Of a stretch of 64,000 bases of DNA, positions 7,893-21,212 are shown piece by piece. Source of the stretch: Patescibacteria group bacterium (GTDB lineage Bacteria; Patescibacteriota; Microgenomatia; UBA8517); contig JBBTZT010000005.1 of assembly GCA_038061225.1 (NCBI GenBank), forward strand, positions 19,646-83,645, written 5' to 3'. Each line of letters starts with the position of its first letter. The stretch's first letter is position 1. The notes beneath the pieces are model-generated. The model saw nothing but the letters and a program-made list of their open reading frames with translations. It was not told the DNA's origin and did no database searches. The position numbers and the translations under genes are program-made.

Positions 7893-9038
7893 CCCTAACC
7901 CCAAAAGAACCATCACAATAGGCTCAATTGCTGCAGTTAGCGTTTTAACTTTTTGATCTGATTCAACTTCAAAAACATGACTTACTTTAGTTAAAACTTC
8001 TTCCATTTTTCCAGTTTCTTCACCAACAGCAATCATTTGAGAAAGAATAAATGGAAAAGCATCGGGGTGTTTTGCAAAAGCATAGGAGACAGGAAAACCT
8101 TTTTCAACTTGCAGAGAAACATCTTTTAAAGCATTACTTATCACAGCATTACTCATAACCTCTGATGTTATATTTAAACTTTCTAAAATTGATACTCCTG
8201 CACCAGACATTAGAGATAGTGTACTAGTTAGCTCAGTTAATAAAACTTGTTTTTGCAGTGGTCCAATAATTGGAATTTTAAATTGAAGTTCGTCTGTTTT
8301 TAATTTTCCTGCAATAGTTTTTCTATATGCTTTAAAACCATAAAATCCACCCACAAAAAAAGCAACTGTTACAGGCCAAAATTTAATAACAGCATCAGAT
8401 ATTCCCATTAATATTCTAGTTGGTAGTGGAAGTTCTGCATTAAATTCTGAATAAAGTGAGGTAAGCCTTGGAACAACAAAAATCATCATTAAAAAGGCAA
8501 CTATTACCATGCCGGTAACAATTATCATAGGATAAATCATGGCTCCTTTAACTTTTCCTTTAAATTCTTGTTGCTTTTCCATATCATCAGCAAGACGAAC
8601 TAAAACAGTATCCAAAACTCCACCAACTTCACCTGACTTGACTAAGGCAATGTAAGTTGGAGAAAAAACATTAGGATGTTTGATAAAAGCTTTTGAAACG
8701 GATTCTCCTCCTTCAATGTCAGCTAATATTTGGGAAACAACCTTACCCATTGACCCATTTGCTTGAGATTTTAAAATAATAAGTGACTCAGTAATTGGTA
8801 AACCAGCATTTACCATTGTTGCAAATTGACGGGTAAAAGTAACAACATCTGACGGGGTAATTCTATTTTTTAAATTTTTAATAAAAACAATTGGATTTTC
8901 AAAAACTTGTTTTATAGATAGTACTAAAAGTCCTTTTCCATGAACTAACCTTGCAGCATTAATTTCATCCACAGCTTCAACTTCTCCAGTTACCAATTTT
9001 CCAACTTTATTCTTTGCTTTGTAGTTGAATCGTTTCAT
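7833..9038 (-). CDS. pilC: Type IV pilus assembly platform protein PilC (GspF family)
   Basis: 401 aa with duplicated GspF domains and 3 TM segments. It follows pilT and ends with TGA. Confidence 0.85.
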   Translation of the reverse strand: MKRFNYKAKNKVGKLVTGEVEAVDEINAARLVHGKGLLVLSIKQVFENPIVFIKNLKNRITPSDVVTFTRQFATMVNAGLPITESLIILKSQANGSMGKVVSQILADIEGGESVSKAFIKHPNVFSPTYIALVKSGEVGGVLDTVLVRLADDMEKQQEFKGKVKGAMIYPMIIVTGMVIVAFLMMIFVVPRLTSLYSEFNAELPLPTRILMGISDAVIKFWPVTVAFFVGGFYGFKAYRKTIAGKLKTDELQFKIPIIGPLQKQVLLTELTSTLSLMSGAGVSILESLNITSEVMSNAVISNALKDVSLQVEKGFPVSYAFAKHPDAFPFILSQMIAVGEETGKMEEVLTKVSHVFEVESDQKVKTLTAAIEPIVMVLLGLGVGFLVIAIILPIYNLTSQF

Positions 9039-9042
9039 TTTC

Positions 9043-10104
9043 TTAGAGACTACCTTTGATTAATCTATTTAATTCATCAGGCCGTACTGTCCATTCTTGT
9101 GCAGTCTCAATAGTAATTTTATTTGTTTTAACAAGACTAGAAAGCGAATGTTCAAGCGTTGACATACCAGCCTCTAGCGAAGTTTGAATAATTGAATCAA
9201 TTTGGTGCGATTTACCTTCTCTAATTGCAGTTTTTATGGCTGTTGTTCCAAGCATTACTTCATGAGCAACGAGGCGTCCACCAGCGCTTGCTTTTATTAA
9301 TCTTTGGGAAAATACAGCCTCTAAGATCGATGATAGTTGTAATCTTATCTGGTTCTGTTGGTTTTCAGGAAAAACATCAACAATTCTATCAACTGTTTGG
9401 GAAGCAGAATTAGTATGCAGTGTCCCAAAAACTAAATGCCCTGTTTCTGCAATTGTCATTGCCGCTGAGATAGTCTCAAAGTCTCTCATTTCACCAACCA
9501 AGACAACATCAGGATCTTCGCGTAGGACTGATCTTAAAGCAACCTGCCATGAATGGGTATCAGATCTCATCTCACGCTGGGAAATGATTGATTTAATTGG
9601 TCTGAATACAAATTCTATTGGGTCTTCAATGGTCACAATATGAGATGCTCTGTTTTTATTTATTTCATTTATTATGGCAGCAAGTGTGGTTGATTTTCCA
9701 TGTCCAGTTGGCCCTGTAACAAGCACCAATCCTTGCCTTAAATCAGTAAAACTTTTGGCTATAGGAGGTAAACCTAACGAATCAATTTCTGGAATTTCCA
9801 AAGGAATCCTTCTAAATGAAGCCGCCATTGATCCTTTTTGGGTATAGGCATTCACTCTAAATCTTGCCTTTTCGCTAAATGATAATGAAAAATCAATTTC
9901 TTTATTTACGCTAAATCTTTCAAGTTGGTCTTTTGTTAATATTTGTTTTAATCCTTCATTTATAATATCGGGGGTTAAAATAGCATTGTCTGCAATTGAT
10001 TTTAAGTCGCCATCTAATCTAACCATAGGAGGAACACCCGCCACCAAATGCAAGTCGGATGCTTTTAAATCAATTGTTTGTTCCAGTAAGTTTTTTGCGT
10101 CCAT
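9043..10104 (-). CDS. pilT: Twitching motility ATPase PilT
   Basis: 353 aa. It has the Walker A motif GPTGHGKSTT and is PilT/PilU-like throughout. Confidence 0.85.
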   Translation of the reverse strand: MDAKNLLEQTIDLKASDLHLVAGVPPMVRLDGDLKSIADNAILTPDIINEGLKQILTKDQLERFSVNKEIDFSLSFSEKARFRVNAYTQKGSMAASFRRIPLEIPEIDSLGLPPIAKSFTDLRQGLVLVTGPTGHGKSTTLAAIINEINKNRASHIVTIEDPIEFVFRPIKSIISQREMRSDTHSWQVALRSVLREDPDVVLVGEMRDFETISAAMTIAETGHLVFGTLHTNSASQTVDRIVDVFPENQQNQIRLQLSSILEAVFSQRLIKASAGGRLVAHEVMLGTTAIKTAIREGKSHQIDSIIQTSLEAGMSTLEHSLSSLVKTNKITIETAQEWTVRPDELNRLIKGSL

Positions 10105-10105
10105 C

Positions 10106-11821
10106 TTATTCTTGTGCTACACGCAATATTTCTTCAATCGTTGTTTCACCAGCTAAAACTTTCAAATAACCGTCCTGTTTTAATGTTATCATACCTTCTT
10201 CCTTTGCTTTAGTTTCAATTTCTGATGCAGGAGATCTTTCAAGAATCATTTTACCAATAGAATCGCTAACTGGCAAAACTTCAAAAATACCAATTCTCCC
10301 ATAATAGCCTGAATTGCCACAAGCCTGACAACCTTTACCTCTTGAGATTTTTGATAATGCGTCTTTTGGCCACAGCGGCCCGAGGACGCTTTTCATTTCT
10401 TCAATGACTTTTGGATCAAGTTCATAATTTTCTCTACAATCTTCATGAATTTTTCTGGCAACTCTTTGAGCCATAATTGCAGTCATTGAAGAAGTCAAAA
10501 GATAAGGCTCGGCTCCCATGTCAAGCATACGAGGCAAAGCTCCGGCAGCATTATTGGTATGAAGTGTAGAAAAAACCAAATGCCCGGTTAAAGATGCTTG
10601 TATGGCAAGATCTGCAGTTTCTTGATCTCTAATTTCTCCCACCAAGATAATATTTGGATCCTGTCTTAAAAATGATTTAAGTCCTGAAGCAAAAGTAAGA
10701 CCTACTGCGGGATTAATTTGAACTTGATTAACTCCAACCATTTTATATTCAATAGGATCTTCCAAAGTAACAATATTTACCTTAGGAGTATTTATTTTAC
10801 TTATGATTGAATAAAGAGTTGTAGTTTTACCTGACCCTGTTGGGCCACAAATCATAATAATTCCATGAGGCCGGAGTATTGCATCTTGTAAATTTTTTAA
10901 AGCTTTTCCACGAAGACCAAGAGTAGGAAGATCGGGGACACCGCCTGTTTTTTTAAGAAGACGCATAACAATCTTTTCACCCCACGTTGTAGGAAGTGAA
11001 GAAACACGAAGGTCAGTGTCTTCACCTGCCGCTTTAAAATTAAATCTACCATCTTGAGGAATTCTTTTTTCATCAATTTTCATTCCCGAGAGAATCTTTA
11101 TTCTAGAAGTTAATGATTCATGCAATTCTTTTGGAATAGTTAATTTTTCAACTAAAATTCCATCTATTCTATATCTAACCCTGGTGGACCTTTCTTCTGG
11201 TTCAATATGAATGTCACTAGACCTTGATTTTACTGCAAATTCTAAAATATGAGATACTATTTCTGAAATTTTTTCTTCTTTAATAAAACCAATTTTTAAA
11301 TTATCTTTGATATTTGATTTTTTCTCAGGTGCAACATCTTTTAGGGCTTCTGTAACTTCTTGAGAAAGTGATGTCTGATATCTTGTTGTTATAACATCCC
11401 CCAATTTATCTTCTTCAACAGCTACAGGTTTAACTCTAAGGCCTGTTTTTCTTTCTACAAACTCAATAGCAGTTAAATCAAGCGGGTCTGCCATGGCAAG
11501 GGTAATTGTTTTTGCAAGTTTATCTATTGCAAGTGGAAAAATATTAAACTTAGAAGAAATGTCTTGCGCTAAAACAGACATGGCTTCAGGAGATGATGGG
11601 GAAGTAGCGAGGTCTGCATAAGGAATGTTATAAAGTGTTGCTTTGGCGCGAACGAGATCTGAATTTGAGACTAAATTTTGTTTTTTAATAATTTCTTCTT
11701 GAGTGGTGCCATACTGCACCTCAGCCATTTTAATCTGTTTGGCACGTTCTTCAGTTAAAGCACCCATCGAAATTAAAATATCTGAAAGACTATTTCCTGT
11801 AGCAATGGCAGTATTGGGCAT
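10106..11821 (-). CDS. pilB: Type IV pilus assembly ATPase PilB (GspE family)
   Basis: 571 aa. It has a GspE N-domain plus Walker A GPTGSGKTTTLYS and a tetracysteine motif. Confidence 0.85.
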   Translation of the reverse strand: MPNTAIATGNSLSDILISMGALTEERAKQIKMAEVQYGTTQEEIIKKQNLVSNSDLVRAKATLYNIPYADLATSPSSPEAMSVLAQDISSKFNIFPLAIDKLAKTITLAMADPLDLTAIEFVERKTGLRVKPVAVEEDKLGDVITTRYQTSLSQEVTEALKDVAPEKKSNIKDNLKIGFIKEEKISEIVSHILEFAVKSRSSDIHIEPEERSTRVRYRIDGILVEKLTIPKELHESLTSRIKILSGMKIDEKRIPQDGRFNFKAAGEDTDLRVSSLPTTWGEKIVMRLLKKTGGVPDLPTLGLRGKALKNLQDAILRPHGIIMICGPTGSGKTTTLYSIISKINTPKVNIVTLEDPIEYKMVGVNQVQINPAVGLTFASGLKSFLRQDPNIILVGEIRDQETADLAIQASLTGHLVFSTLHTNNAAGALPRMLDMGAEPYLLTSSMTAIMAQRVARKIHEDCRENYELDPKVIEEMKSVLGPLWPKDALSKISRGKGCQACGNSGYYGRIGIFEVLPVSDSIGKMILERSPASEIETKAKEEGMITLKQDGYLKVLAGETTIEEILRVAQE

Positions 11822-11854
11822 GCATTAATGATATCATATGTTTATATAAATATG

Positions 11855-12391
11855 CATGCGTTTTTGTTAATTAATACAAATCCAAAAGAATTTGCCACAA
11901 AACAAAAGGCAAAACAGATTCCGTTTAGATTACAAAAAATTGATGATGTTAGAGAACTTAAAAAATTTGTTAAGTTTAGCTTCGCTCTAAAAACTGCAAT
12001 TATCATTGAAGATATTGATAAAGCTACAGTAGAAACACAAAATGCTTTTCTTAAAAATTTAGAAGAACCAAACAAGAATTTGATTTATGTATTAACAGTT
12101 AGCAATTTGGAGAATGTATTACCAACAATAGTATCTCGATGCCAAGTAATTAAGATCCAAGATCTAAGATATAAGATGTATGACAAAAACGCAAACTACA
12201 AGGATGCGTTGAATATTAAAGATAGGGGAGAGGCGATTAAATTTGTTGAAAATCTAATATATATAGATCATGAAAAAAATATTTTTCAAAATCAAGAAAA
12301 TTATTTACAGTCTCTGAAAAATTTAAAAGCAAATGGTAATGTCTCGTTGCAGTTACTAAATTTAGTTGTTAAAATGAACAGCCAGAGATAA
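11855..12391 (+). CDS. holB: DNA polymerase III delta-prime-like clamp-loader subunit (short, degenerate)
   Basis: It has TQNAFLKNLEEP (like ALLKTLEEP) and TIVSRCQ (like TIxSRCQ). The start is probably the ATG at 11855 rather than 11828. Confidence 0.5.
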   Translation, partial: HAFLLINTNPKEFATKQKAKQIPFRLQKIDDVRELKKFVKFSFALKTAIIIEDIDKATVETQNAFLKNLEEPNKNLIYVLTVSNLENVLPTIVSRCQVIKIQDLRYKMYDKNANYKDALNIKDRGEAIKFVENLIYIDHEKNIFQNQENYLQSLKNLKANGNVSLQLLNLVVKMNSQR

Positions 12392-12469
12392 TTTTCAATT
12401 TTTAATTATCAATTTTCATTGAATTTTCAATGATATAATGATTAATTGTTAATTGATTGGAAATTGTAA

Positions 12470-14416
<1,947 letters not shown>

Positions 14417-14470
14417 GACTTGGAATATGTTAGAAAATTGATATAATCACTTTATTATAAATTTAACTTT

Positions 14471-16483
14471 ATGAATTATTTAATTTTTTCAGTGGCATGT
14501 GCAGTAATTGCTGTTTTATATTCAGCATATTTAACATATAAAATATTGCAGCTTCCTAAAGGAACTCCTGACATGATAGAAATTGCAGATGCAATTGCAG
14601 AAGGAGCATCAGCCTACTTAAAAAGACAATATACTGTCATTGGTTTTATATCACTCGCAATATTCGTATTAATGTGGCTTACATTAGGTTCACTTTCAGC
14701 TATTTCCTTTTTAATCGGAGCATTATTATCAGCAATTGCTGGTTTTGTCGGAATGAATGTAGCAGTTAGAACCAATGTTAGATGCGCAAAAGCTGCACAA
14801 AAGGGGATAGGTCCAGCTTTAACCACAGCTTTTTCAGGTGGATCTGTAACAGGACTCATGGTTGCAGGTCTTGCTCTTTTAGCTGTAGCAGGAACGTACC
14901 TTTTGTTAACACTTTTAAATCAAACTGCAAATTTAACTCCCTTAATTGCTCTAGGTTTTGGTGGTTCATTAATTTCAGTTTTTGCAAGGCTTGGCGGTGG
15001 AATTTATACTAAAGGAGCTGATGTTGGGACAGATATGGTCGGAAAGATTGAGGCGGGAATCCCTGAAGACGATCCAAGAAATCCAGGAGTTATTGCTGAT
15101 TTAGTAGGAGATAATGTAGGAGATGATGCTGGTATGGCAGCTGATCTTTTTGAAACATATGTTGTTACAGCAGTTGCCTCAATGTTACTAGGCTCATCAA
15201 TATTTAGTGGTAATCCAAGCGCTTTTTATTTCCCATTAGCAATTGGTGCTAGCGCAATTTTTGCCTCAATTATTGGAACTTTATTTGTAAAAGTTGGAAA
15301 AGATAAGGCTATCATGAAAGCTTTATATAAAGGTCTTGCTGCAGCTTCAATTGTTTCAATTGTGTCTTTTTGGTATATTACCAAAATCTTCATGTCTGGA
15401 AACGGTTATTTTTCAAACCTAAATCTTTATCTTTCTACTTTAATTGGGATTGCTGTTACTATTGGTATGGTATTAATTACAGAGTACTTTACTTCTAAAA
15501 GTTTTGGACCAGTTAAATATATCTCAGAGGCTTCAACTACAGGACATGGAACAAACATCATAGCCGGTTTGGCTATATCAATGAAATCTACATTTCCCCC
15601 TATCATTTTAATTTCTCTTGCAATATTGGGGTCTTTTTCATTGGCAGGTCTTTATGGTATAGCTCTTGCCGCCATGGCTATGCTTTCTTTAACAGGAATT
15701 GTGGTTGCAATAGATGCATTTGGGCCAATTACTGACAATGCTGGTGGGATTGCTGAAATGACAAACCAGCCAGAAAAAGTTAGAAATGTTACAGATGCCT
15801 TAGATGCAGTCGGAAACACCACAAAAGCTGTTACAAAAGGCTACGCAATTGGTTCTGCAGGTCTTGCAGCTTTAGTCCTTTTTGCAAGTTTTATTGATGA
15901 ATTGGCTAAATCTGGAATAGGGGTTGGTAATTTTTCACTTTCTGATCCTAGGGTTTTAATTGGCCTATTTATTGGTGGTTCTATTCCTTATATGTTTGGA
16001 GCTCTGGCAATGGAAGCTGTTGGAAAAGCTGCTAAATCTATTGTTGAAGAAATTAGAAGACAATTTAAAGAAATACCTGGAATTATGACTAGAAAGGCAA
16101 AACCAGAATATGGTAAGGCTGTTGATATTGTAACCAAATCTGCACTTAAAGAGATGGTTGTTCCCGCACTTTTACCAGTAGTTTCTCCAATCTTAGTAGG
16201 ATTCTTGCTAGGCGCACAAGCTTTAGGTGGTTTACTAGTTGGAACTATTATTACTGGACTTTTTGTTGGTATTTCAATGACTACAGGTGGAGCTGCTTGG
16301 GATAATGCAAAAAAATATATTGAGGCTGGTAATTTTGGAGGTAAAGGAAGTGAAGCTCATAAAGCTGCGGTAACAGGAGATACTGTAGGGGATCCTTATA
16401 AAGATACAGCAGGGCCTGCAATTAATCCAATGATTAAAATAATAAACATTGTTGCTCTTCTGATTGCTCCATTTTTGGTTTAA
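14471..16483 (+). CDS. hppA: Membrane-bound H+-translocating pyrophosphatase
   Basis: 670 aa and polytopic, with [18 protein letters not shown] and [14 protein letters not shown] motifs. Confidence 0.9.
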   Translation: MNYLIFSVACAVIAVLYSAYLTYKILQLPKGTPDMIEIADAIAEGASAYLKRQYTVIGFISLAIFVLMWLTLGSLSAISFLIGALLSAIAGFVGMNVAVRTNVRCAKAAQKGIGPALTTAFSGGSVTGLMVAGLALLAVAGTYLLLTLLNQTANLTPLIALGFGGSLISVFARLGGGIYTKGADVGTDMVGKIEAGIPEDDPRNPGVIADLVGDNVGDDAGMAADLFETYVVTAVASMLLGSSIFSGNPSAFYFPLAIGASAIFASIIGTLFVKVGKDKAIMKALYKGLAAASIVSIVSFWYITKIFMSGNGYFSNLNLYLSTLIGIAVTIGMVLITEYFTSKSFGPVKYISEASTTGHGTNIIAGLAISMKSTFPPIILISLAILGSFSLAGLYGIALAAMAMLSLTGIVVAIDAFGPITDNAGGIAEMTNQPEKVRNVTDALDAVGNTTKAVTKGYAIGSAGLAALVLFASFIDELAKSGIGVGNFSLSDPRVLIGLFIGGSIPYMFGALAMEAVGKAAKSIVEEIRRQFKEIPGIMTRKAKPEYGKAVDIVTKSALKEMVVPALLPVVSPILVGFLLGAQALGGLLVGTIITGLFVGISMTTGGAAWDNAKKYIEAGNFGGKGSEAHKAAVTGDTVGDPYKDTAGPAINPMIKIINIVALLIAPFLV

Positions 16484-17057
16484 TTTCAGAATAGCTAAAA
16501 TCTACATCAATTGTTTTTGTATCATTCCAAAAATCTTTAAAGTGAAGCTTTTTATTTTTTAGGCCATAGTCATAAATTTCTTTAGTCAACCTAACGTCTT
16601 CCTCACAATAAAATTTGAGTTTCTTTAGCGACTCTTTATCTCTCTTTTGCCAATAAATAATTGCATTTGCCGGATCATCAGCTTTATTACTACCCAATGT
16701 CTCCTTGGCGATTGCATTTAAAGAAACTCTTTTACCGTTAATTTCCTTTACATGTTCCAATATGTCAAGATGGGGGAGTTTGGTAATTTCTATAGGTAAA
16801 TATGTTTTTAGAGCAGGAAGATCAAATTTTTTGGAATTAAAACCAATAATTCTATCTGCATTTTTAAAGTATTGCCAAGATTTAGAAACTTCATCCTCAA
16901 AAAAAGAAACCATTTCTCCCTTAATCTCTTTAAAATCTTTATCTAAGGTACGAACATAAAGTGAAAGAACAGACACACCAAGGTTAGAAGGGTCAAAACC
17001 TTCAATTTCATCAAAAAACTTTTGTGTCTCAAGGTCAAAAATTACTTCTGTATACAT
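16434..17057 (-). CDS. RNase-H-like 3'-5' exonuclease family protein (YprB/DEDD-like)
   Basis: 207 aa with an N-terminal FDLET acidic motif. It overlaps the hppA 3' end convergently by 50 nt. Confidence 0.4.
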   Translation of the reverse strand: MYTEVIFDLETQKFFDEIEGFDPSNLGVSVLSLYVRTLDKDFKEIKGEMVSFFEDEVSKSWQYFKNADRIIGFNSKKFDLPALKTYLPIEITKLPHLDILEHVKEINGKRVSLNAIAKETLGSNKADDPANAIIYWQKRDKESLKKLKFYCEEDVRLTKEIYDYGLKNKKLHFKDFWNDTKTIDVDFSYSEIKPKMEQSEEQQCLLF

Positions 17058-17089
17058 TTGTAAAATGTATTATATACTACCCTTATTAT

Positions 17090-18208
17090 ATGGACTCAAT
17101 TGCATACCATAAAAAATACAAGGGTAAAATTGGTACTGAGTTAAAATCTCCAATTAATAATAAGGATGATTTATCTCTTGCCTACACTCCAGGTGTAGCC
17201 AAAGTCAGTCTAGAACTTTTTAAAAACAATAAATTGGCATCTATTTTGTCTCTTAAATCAAATACAATAGCTATAGTTTCGGATGGATCAGCGGTTTTAG
17301 GACTTGGTAATATTGGTGCATATGGAGCGATTCCCGTTATGGAAGGAAAAGCAGCACTTTTTAAAAAGTTTGCTAATGTTGATGCTTTTCCAATTTGTCT
17401 TGATACCCAAAATAACGAGGAGATTATTAAATTGGTTAAAAATATAGCTCCTGTCTTTGGAGGAATAAATTTAGAGGATATAAAGGCACCAAGATGTTTT
17501 GAGATAGAAAGAAGATTGATTAAAGAATTAGATATCCCAGTAATGCATGATGACCAGCACGGAACTGCGGTTGTAGTACTAGCTGCATTAATTAACGCTT
17601 TAAAAGTAGCTAAAAAAGATAAAACAGTTAAAATTGCCATAAACGGAGCAGGAGCAGCTGGGACAGCAGTTTCTTATTTACTTTTAGAATATGGATTTAA
17701 AAATATTGTGATTTGTGATTCTATGGGAGCTATCTCAAATAAAAGAAAGGATTTGAGTGATGAAAAAATACGATTAGCTAAAATTACAAATAAAAATAAT
17801 GAAATTGGTGATATCCACAAAATAATTAAAAACAAAGATGTTTTTATTGGTGTTAGTAAGGGTAATTTGGTAAATGTAGAAGATATAAAGAATATGAATC
17901 CTAAAGCAATAGTATTTGCCATGGCAAACCCGACACCTGAGATAATGCCAGACGAGGCAAAACTAGGTGGGGCAATGATTGTTGCAACAGGAAGAAGTGA
18001 TTTTGATAATCAGATAAATAATGTTCTAGCTTTTCCTGGAATTTTTAGGGGGGCGCTAGACAATAAAGTAAAAAAGATAACCAACAAAATGTTAATATCT
18101 GCAGCAGTAAATTTAGCTAGATTAATAAAATTTCCAACTCCCGAAAAGATAATTCCAAGTCCATTTAACAAGAGTGTTGTCAAAGCAGTTTCTTCAAGCA
18201 TTAGATAG
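17090..18208 (+). CDS. NAD(P)-dependent malic enzyme (small form)
   Basis: It is malic-enzyme-like with a Rossmann motif GAGAAG. The start is taken at MDSIAYHKKY (17090) rather than the track's 17024. Confidence 0.8.
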   Translation: MDSIAYHKKYKGKIGTELKSPINNKDDLSLAYTPGVAKVSLELFKNNKLASILSLKSNTIAIVSDGSAVLGLGNIGAYGAIPVMEGKAALFKKFANVDAFPICLDTQNNEEIIKLVKNIAPVFGGINLEDIKAPRCFEIERRLIKELDIPVMHDDQHGTAVVVLAALINALKVAKKDKTVKIAINGAGAAGTAVSYLLLEYGFKNIVICDSMGAISNKRKDLSDEKIRLAKITNKNNEIGDIHKIIKNKDVFIGVSKGNLVNVEDIKNMNPKAIVFAMANPTPEIMPDEAKLGGAMIVATGRSDFDNQINNVLAFPGIFRGALDNKVKKITNKMLISAAVNLARLIKFPTPEKIIPSPFNKSVVKAVSSSIR

Positions 18209-18268
18209 ATATAAGATTAAAACATTTCCCCTTGCTTCAAGTAATTAAACAAGCTAAAATTACTAGGC

Positions 18269-20887
18269 ATGGAAATTGGTAAAATTAAACAAATTGAAAT
18301 AACTTCAGAATTATCTAAATCATATGTTGATTATGCTATGAGTGTCATTGTTGCTCGTGCTCTTCCTGACGTCCGTGATGGTTTAAAACCAGTACATAGA
18401 AGAATACTTTACGCCATGGCCCAAATGGGTCTAAAACATACTGGTCCTTTTTCTAAATCTGCAAAAGTTGTTGGAGAAGTTTTGGGTAAATATCATCCCC
18501 ATGGCGACACAGCTGTATATGACACGGCAGTAAGAATGGTGCAAGACTTTTCACTTCGCTATCCACTACTTAAAGGTCAAGGAAATTTTGGCTCAGTCGA
18601 TGGAGATTCTGCTGCAGCCATGAGGTATAGTGAAATGAAGTTGTCTGCAATTTCAGAATACATCTTGGCTGACATGGAAAAGGATACAGTTGATTATATT
18701 GATAATTTTGATGCAACTTTGAAAGAACCTACTTTTTTACCTGCTCTACTTCCTAACTTGCTTCTTATGGGTTCTGAAGGTATTGCTGTTGGAATGGCTA
18801 CTAAAATTCCGCCACACAATTTAACTGAAGTAGTTAATGCAATTCTTGATATAATTAAAAAAGGAAGAGTTACAATAGAAAATGAAGAAATTCATGCAAC
18901 TGAAAATGATTTTGTAATCAAAAAGATAAATTTAATTGCAGCAGGTGAAGCAAAATCGTTTACACAAGATGAAGTCGATCCAAAAAGTATTTCTTTTGAA
19001 ACCGACGCCACAATTGATGAAATAACAGATATTCTTCCAGGTCCCGATTTTCCAACAGGTGGAGCAATTTATGATGCAAATTCTCTAAAAGAGGTGTATG
19101 CAACAGGCAGGGGAAGAATAGTAGTTCGTGGTATTGCAGAAATTATAAGCGGTGAAAAACGGTCCCAGATTATAATTTCTGAGATTCCATATCAAGTAAA
19201 TAAGGCTGAGATGGTTGCAAAAATTGCAGAACTTGTAAAAGATAAAAAATTAATAGGAATTGCAGATTTAAGAGATGAATCTGATAAAGATGGTATGAGA
19301 GTTGCTATTGATCTTAAAAAAGATGCTAAACCAAAATCTGTTTTAAATAATATCTATAAACATACAAGGCTACAAACCACATTTCCTGCCAACTTTGTTG
19401 CTCTTGTTGATGGAACACCTCATACTTTAAATTTAAAACAAATATTAGTTGAATACATTAAACACAGACAAAAAGTAGTCGTTAGAAGAACAATTTTTGA
19501 ACTAACTGAAGCAAAAAGAAGAGCTCATATATTAGAAGGTTTAAAGATAGCACTTGATAATTTAGATGCAGTAATTAAAACAATTAGAGAAAGTAAAACC
19601 CAAGAAGAAGCAAAAACAAATTTGATAACAAGATTTAAGTTATCGGAAATTCAAGCAACAGCAATACTTGATATGCAACTTAGACGCTTGGCTGCTTTGG
19701 AAAGAGAAAAAATTGAAAATGAATATGAAGATTTGAAAAAATTGATTGATGAATTGGTTGCAATATTAAAAGATCCTGCAAGGATTTTAACAATAATAAA
19801 TACTGAACTGACTGAACTTAAAGCAAAATTTGGAGATAGTCGAAAAACAAAGATCTATAAAAGTAAAATCGGGGAGTTTTCTGAAGAAGATTTAGTAGCC
19901 AAAGAAGATTGTTTGGTAACAGTCACAAAAACAGGTTATATCAAGAGAGTTCCAAAAAACACTTATAAAGCACAAAGAAGGGGTGGTAAAGGGGTAATCG
20001 GGATGACCACCAAAGAAGAAGATGAAATTGATCATTTGGTAACTGCTTCAACTCATGATCAAATACTATTCTTTACCAACAAAGGTCGTGTTTTTGGTAC
20101 AAAAGTATATGAAATACCTGAGTCCTCTCGTCAAGCAAAAGGACAGGCATTAGTTAACTTTCTAAATCTTGAAAGTGGTGAAGTCATCAAATCAATTTTG
20201 CCAATGGATAAAACATTAGGAGCAAAACACTTAGTACTTGCCACTGCTTCAGGAGTTATTAAAAAAACTGAATTAAAGCATTATGAAAATTTACGCGCAA
20301 ATGGTTTAATTGCAATTAAACTTCATGGCAACGACAGTTTGATATCAGCTCACTTAACCTATGGGTCAGATAACATCATGCTTTTAACTAAAAAGGGTAT
20401 GTCTATTAGATTTCCAGAGGGAAATGTTAGACCTATGGGTAGAGCAACAACTGGTGTAACTGGTGTAAAAATTGATAAGGGAGATAGTGTAATTGGAATG
20501 GAAGTTTTTCCAGAAAAATTAGAAAAAATGATTGACAAAAGAAAAAAGATCTTTAGAGATATTTTAACAATTTCAATTCATGGACTAGGAAAAAGGACTC
20601 GTTTCGACCTTTTTCCTATCCAAAAAAGGGCAGGTAAAGGACTTAAAGCTTGTGTAGTTTCAGAAAAAACTGGTGAACTTGCTTGTGCAGCCATGGTAAC
20701 CGAAAAATCAGACCAATTAGTAATAACTTCTAAAAAAGGGCAAGTGATAAAACTACCTGTTAAAAACATTCCACAGTTAGGCAGGGCAACACAAGGAGTT
20801 ATTATTATGAGATTTGCAAATAAAGGAGATTCTATTGCTGCAGCCACTATAATTGACAAAACAGGGGAAGAGGAAGAAGTGGTTTAA
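18269..20887 (+). CDS. gyrA: DNA gyrase subunit A
   Basis: 872 aa. It has AMSVIVARALPDVRDGLKPVHRRILYAM with the active-site Tyr region and a C-terminal beta-pinwheel. Confidence 0.95.
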   Translation: MEIGKIKQIEITSELSKSYVDYAMSVIVARALPDVRDGLKPVHRRILYAMAQMGLKHTGPFSKSAKVVGEVLGKYHPHGDTAVYDTAVRMVQDFSLRYPLLKGQGNFGSVDGDSAAAMRYSEMKLSAISEYILADMEKDTVDYIDNFDATLKEPTFLPALLPNLLLMGSEGIAVGMATKIPPHNLTEVVNAILDIIKKGRVTIENEEIHATENDFVIKKINLIAAGEAKSFTQDEVDPKSISFETDATIDEITDILPGPDFPTGGAIYDANSLKEVYATGRGRIVVRGIAEIISGEKRSQIIISEIPYQVNKAEMVAKIAELVKDKKLIGIADLRDESDKDGMRVAIDLKKDAKPKSVLNNIYKHTRLQTTFPANFVALVDGTPHTLNLKQILVEYIKHRQKVVVRRTIFELTEAKRRAHILEGLKIALDNLDAVIKTIRESKTQEEAKTNLITRFKLSEIQATAILDMQLRRLAALEREKIENEYEDLKKLIDELVAILKDPARILTIINTELTELKAKFGDSRKTKIYKSKIGEFSEEDLVAKEDCLVTVTKTGYIKRVPKNTYKAQRRGGKGVIGMTTKEEDEIDHLVTASTHDQILFFTNKGRVFGTKVYEIPESSRQAKGQALVNFLNLESGEVIKSILPMDKTLGAKHLVLATASGVIKKTELKHYENLRANGLIAIKLHGNDSLISAHLTYGSDNIMLLTKKGMSIRFPEGNVRPMGRATTGVTGVKIDKGDSVIGMEVFPEKLEKMIDKRKKIFRDILTISIHGLGKRTRFDLFPIQKRAGKGLKACVVSEKTGELACAAMVTEKSDQLVITSKKGQVIKLPVKNIPQLGRATQGVIIMRFANKGDSIAAATIIDKTGEEEEVV

Positions 20888-20891
20888 ATCT

Positions 20892-21158
20892 TTATGCAAA
20901 AACTTGGTGAGAATTGTGAGGGTGAATTTTTTGAAGTTTTTCGATTTTGTCAGTATTATCATAAGTTCTATTACTTAACATTTTTGTTTGTTCTTCAATA
21001 TTATCCAACCGTTTCATAATTTTTAAAGTTTCTTCAAAAAAGGTATCCTTGTCAGGTAAGTATTTCAAGTCATCTTTGGTGGTTATATCCATTTCACCCA
21101 AAGCTACCTTAACAGCTTCTTTTATAATTTCAAAAGTGTTTTCATTCTTTTTTGTCAT
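20892..21158 (-). CDS. Hypothetical protein (88 aa)
   Basis: ORF only. Confidence 0.25.
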   Translation of the reverse strand: MTKKNENTFEIIKEAVKVALGEMDITTKDDLKYLPDKDTFFEETLKIMKRLDNIEEQTKMLSNRTYDNTDKIEKLQKIHPHNSHQVFA

Positions 21159-21212
21159 ACTTTAATTAAATCACTTATTGATAAATTGATCAATTACTAA
21201 TATATTTATGTT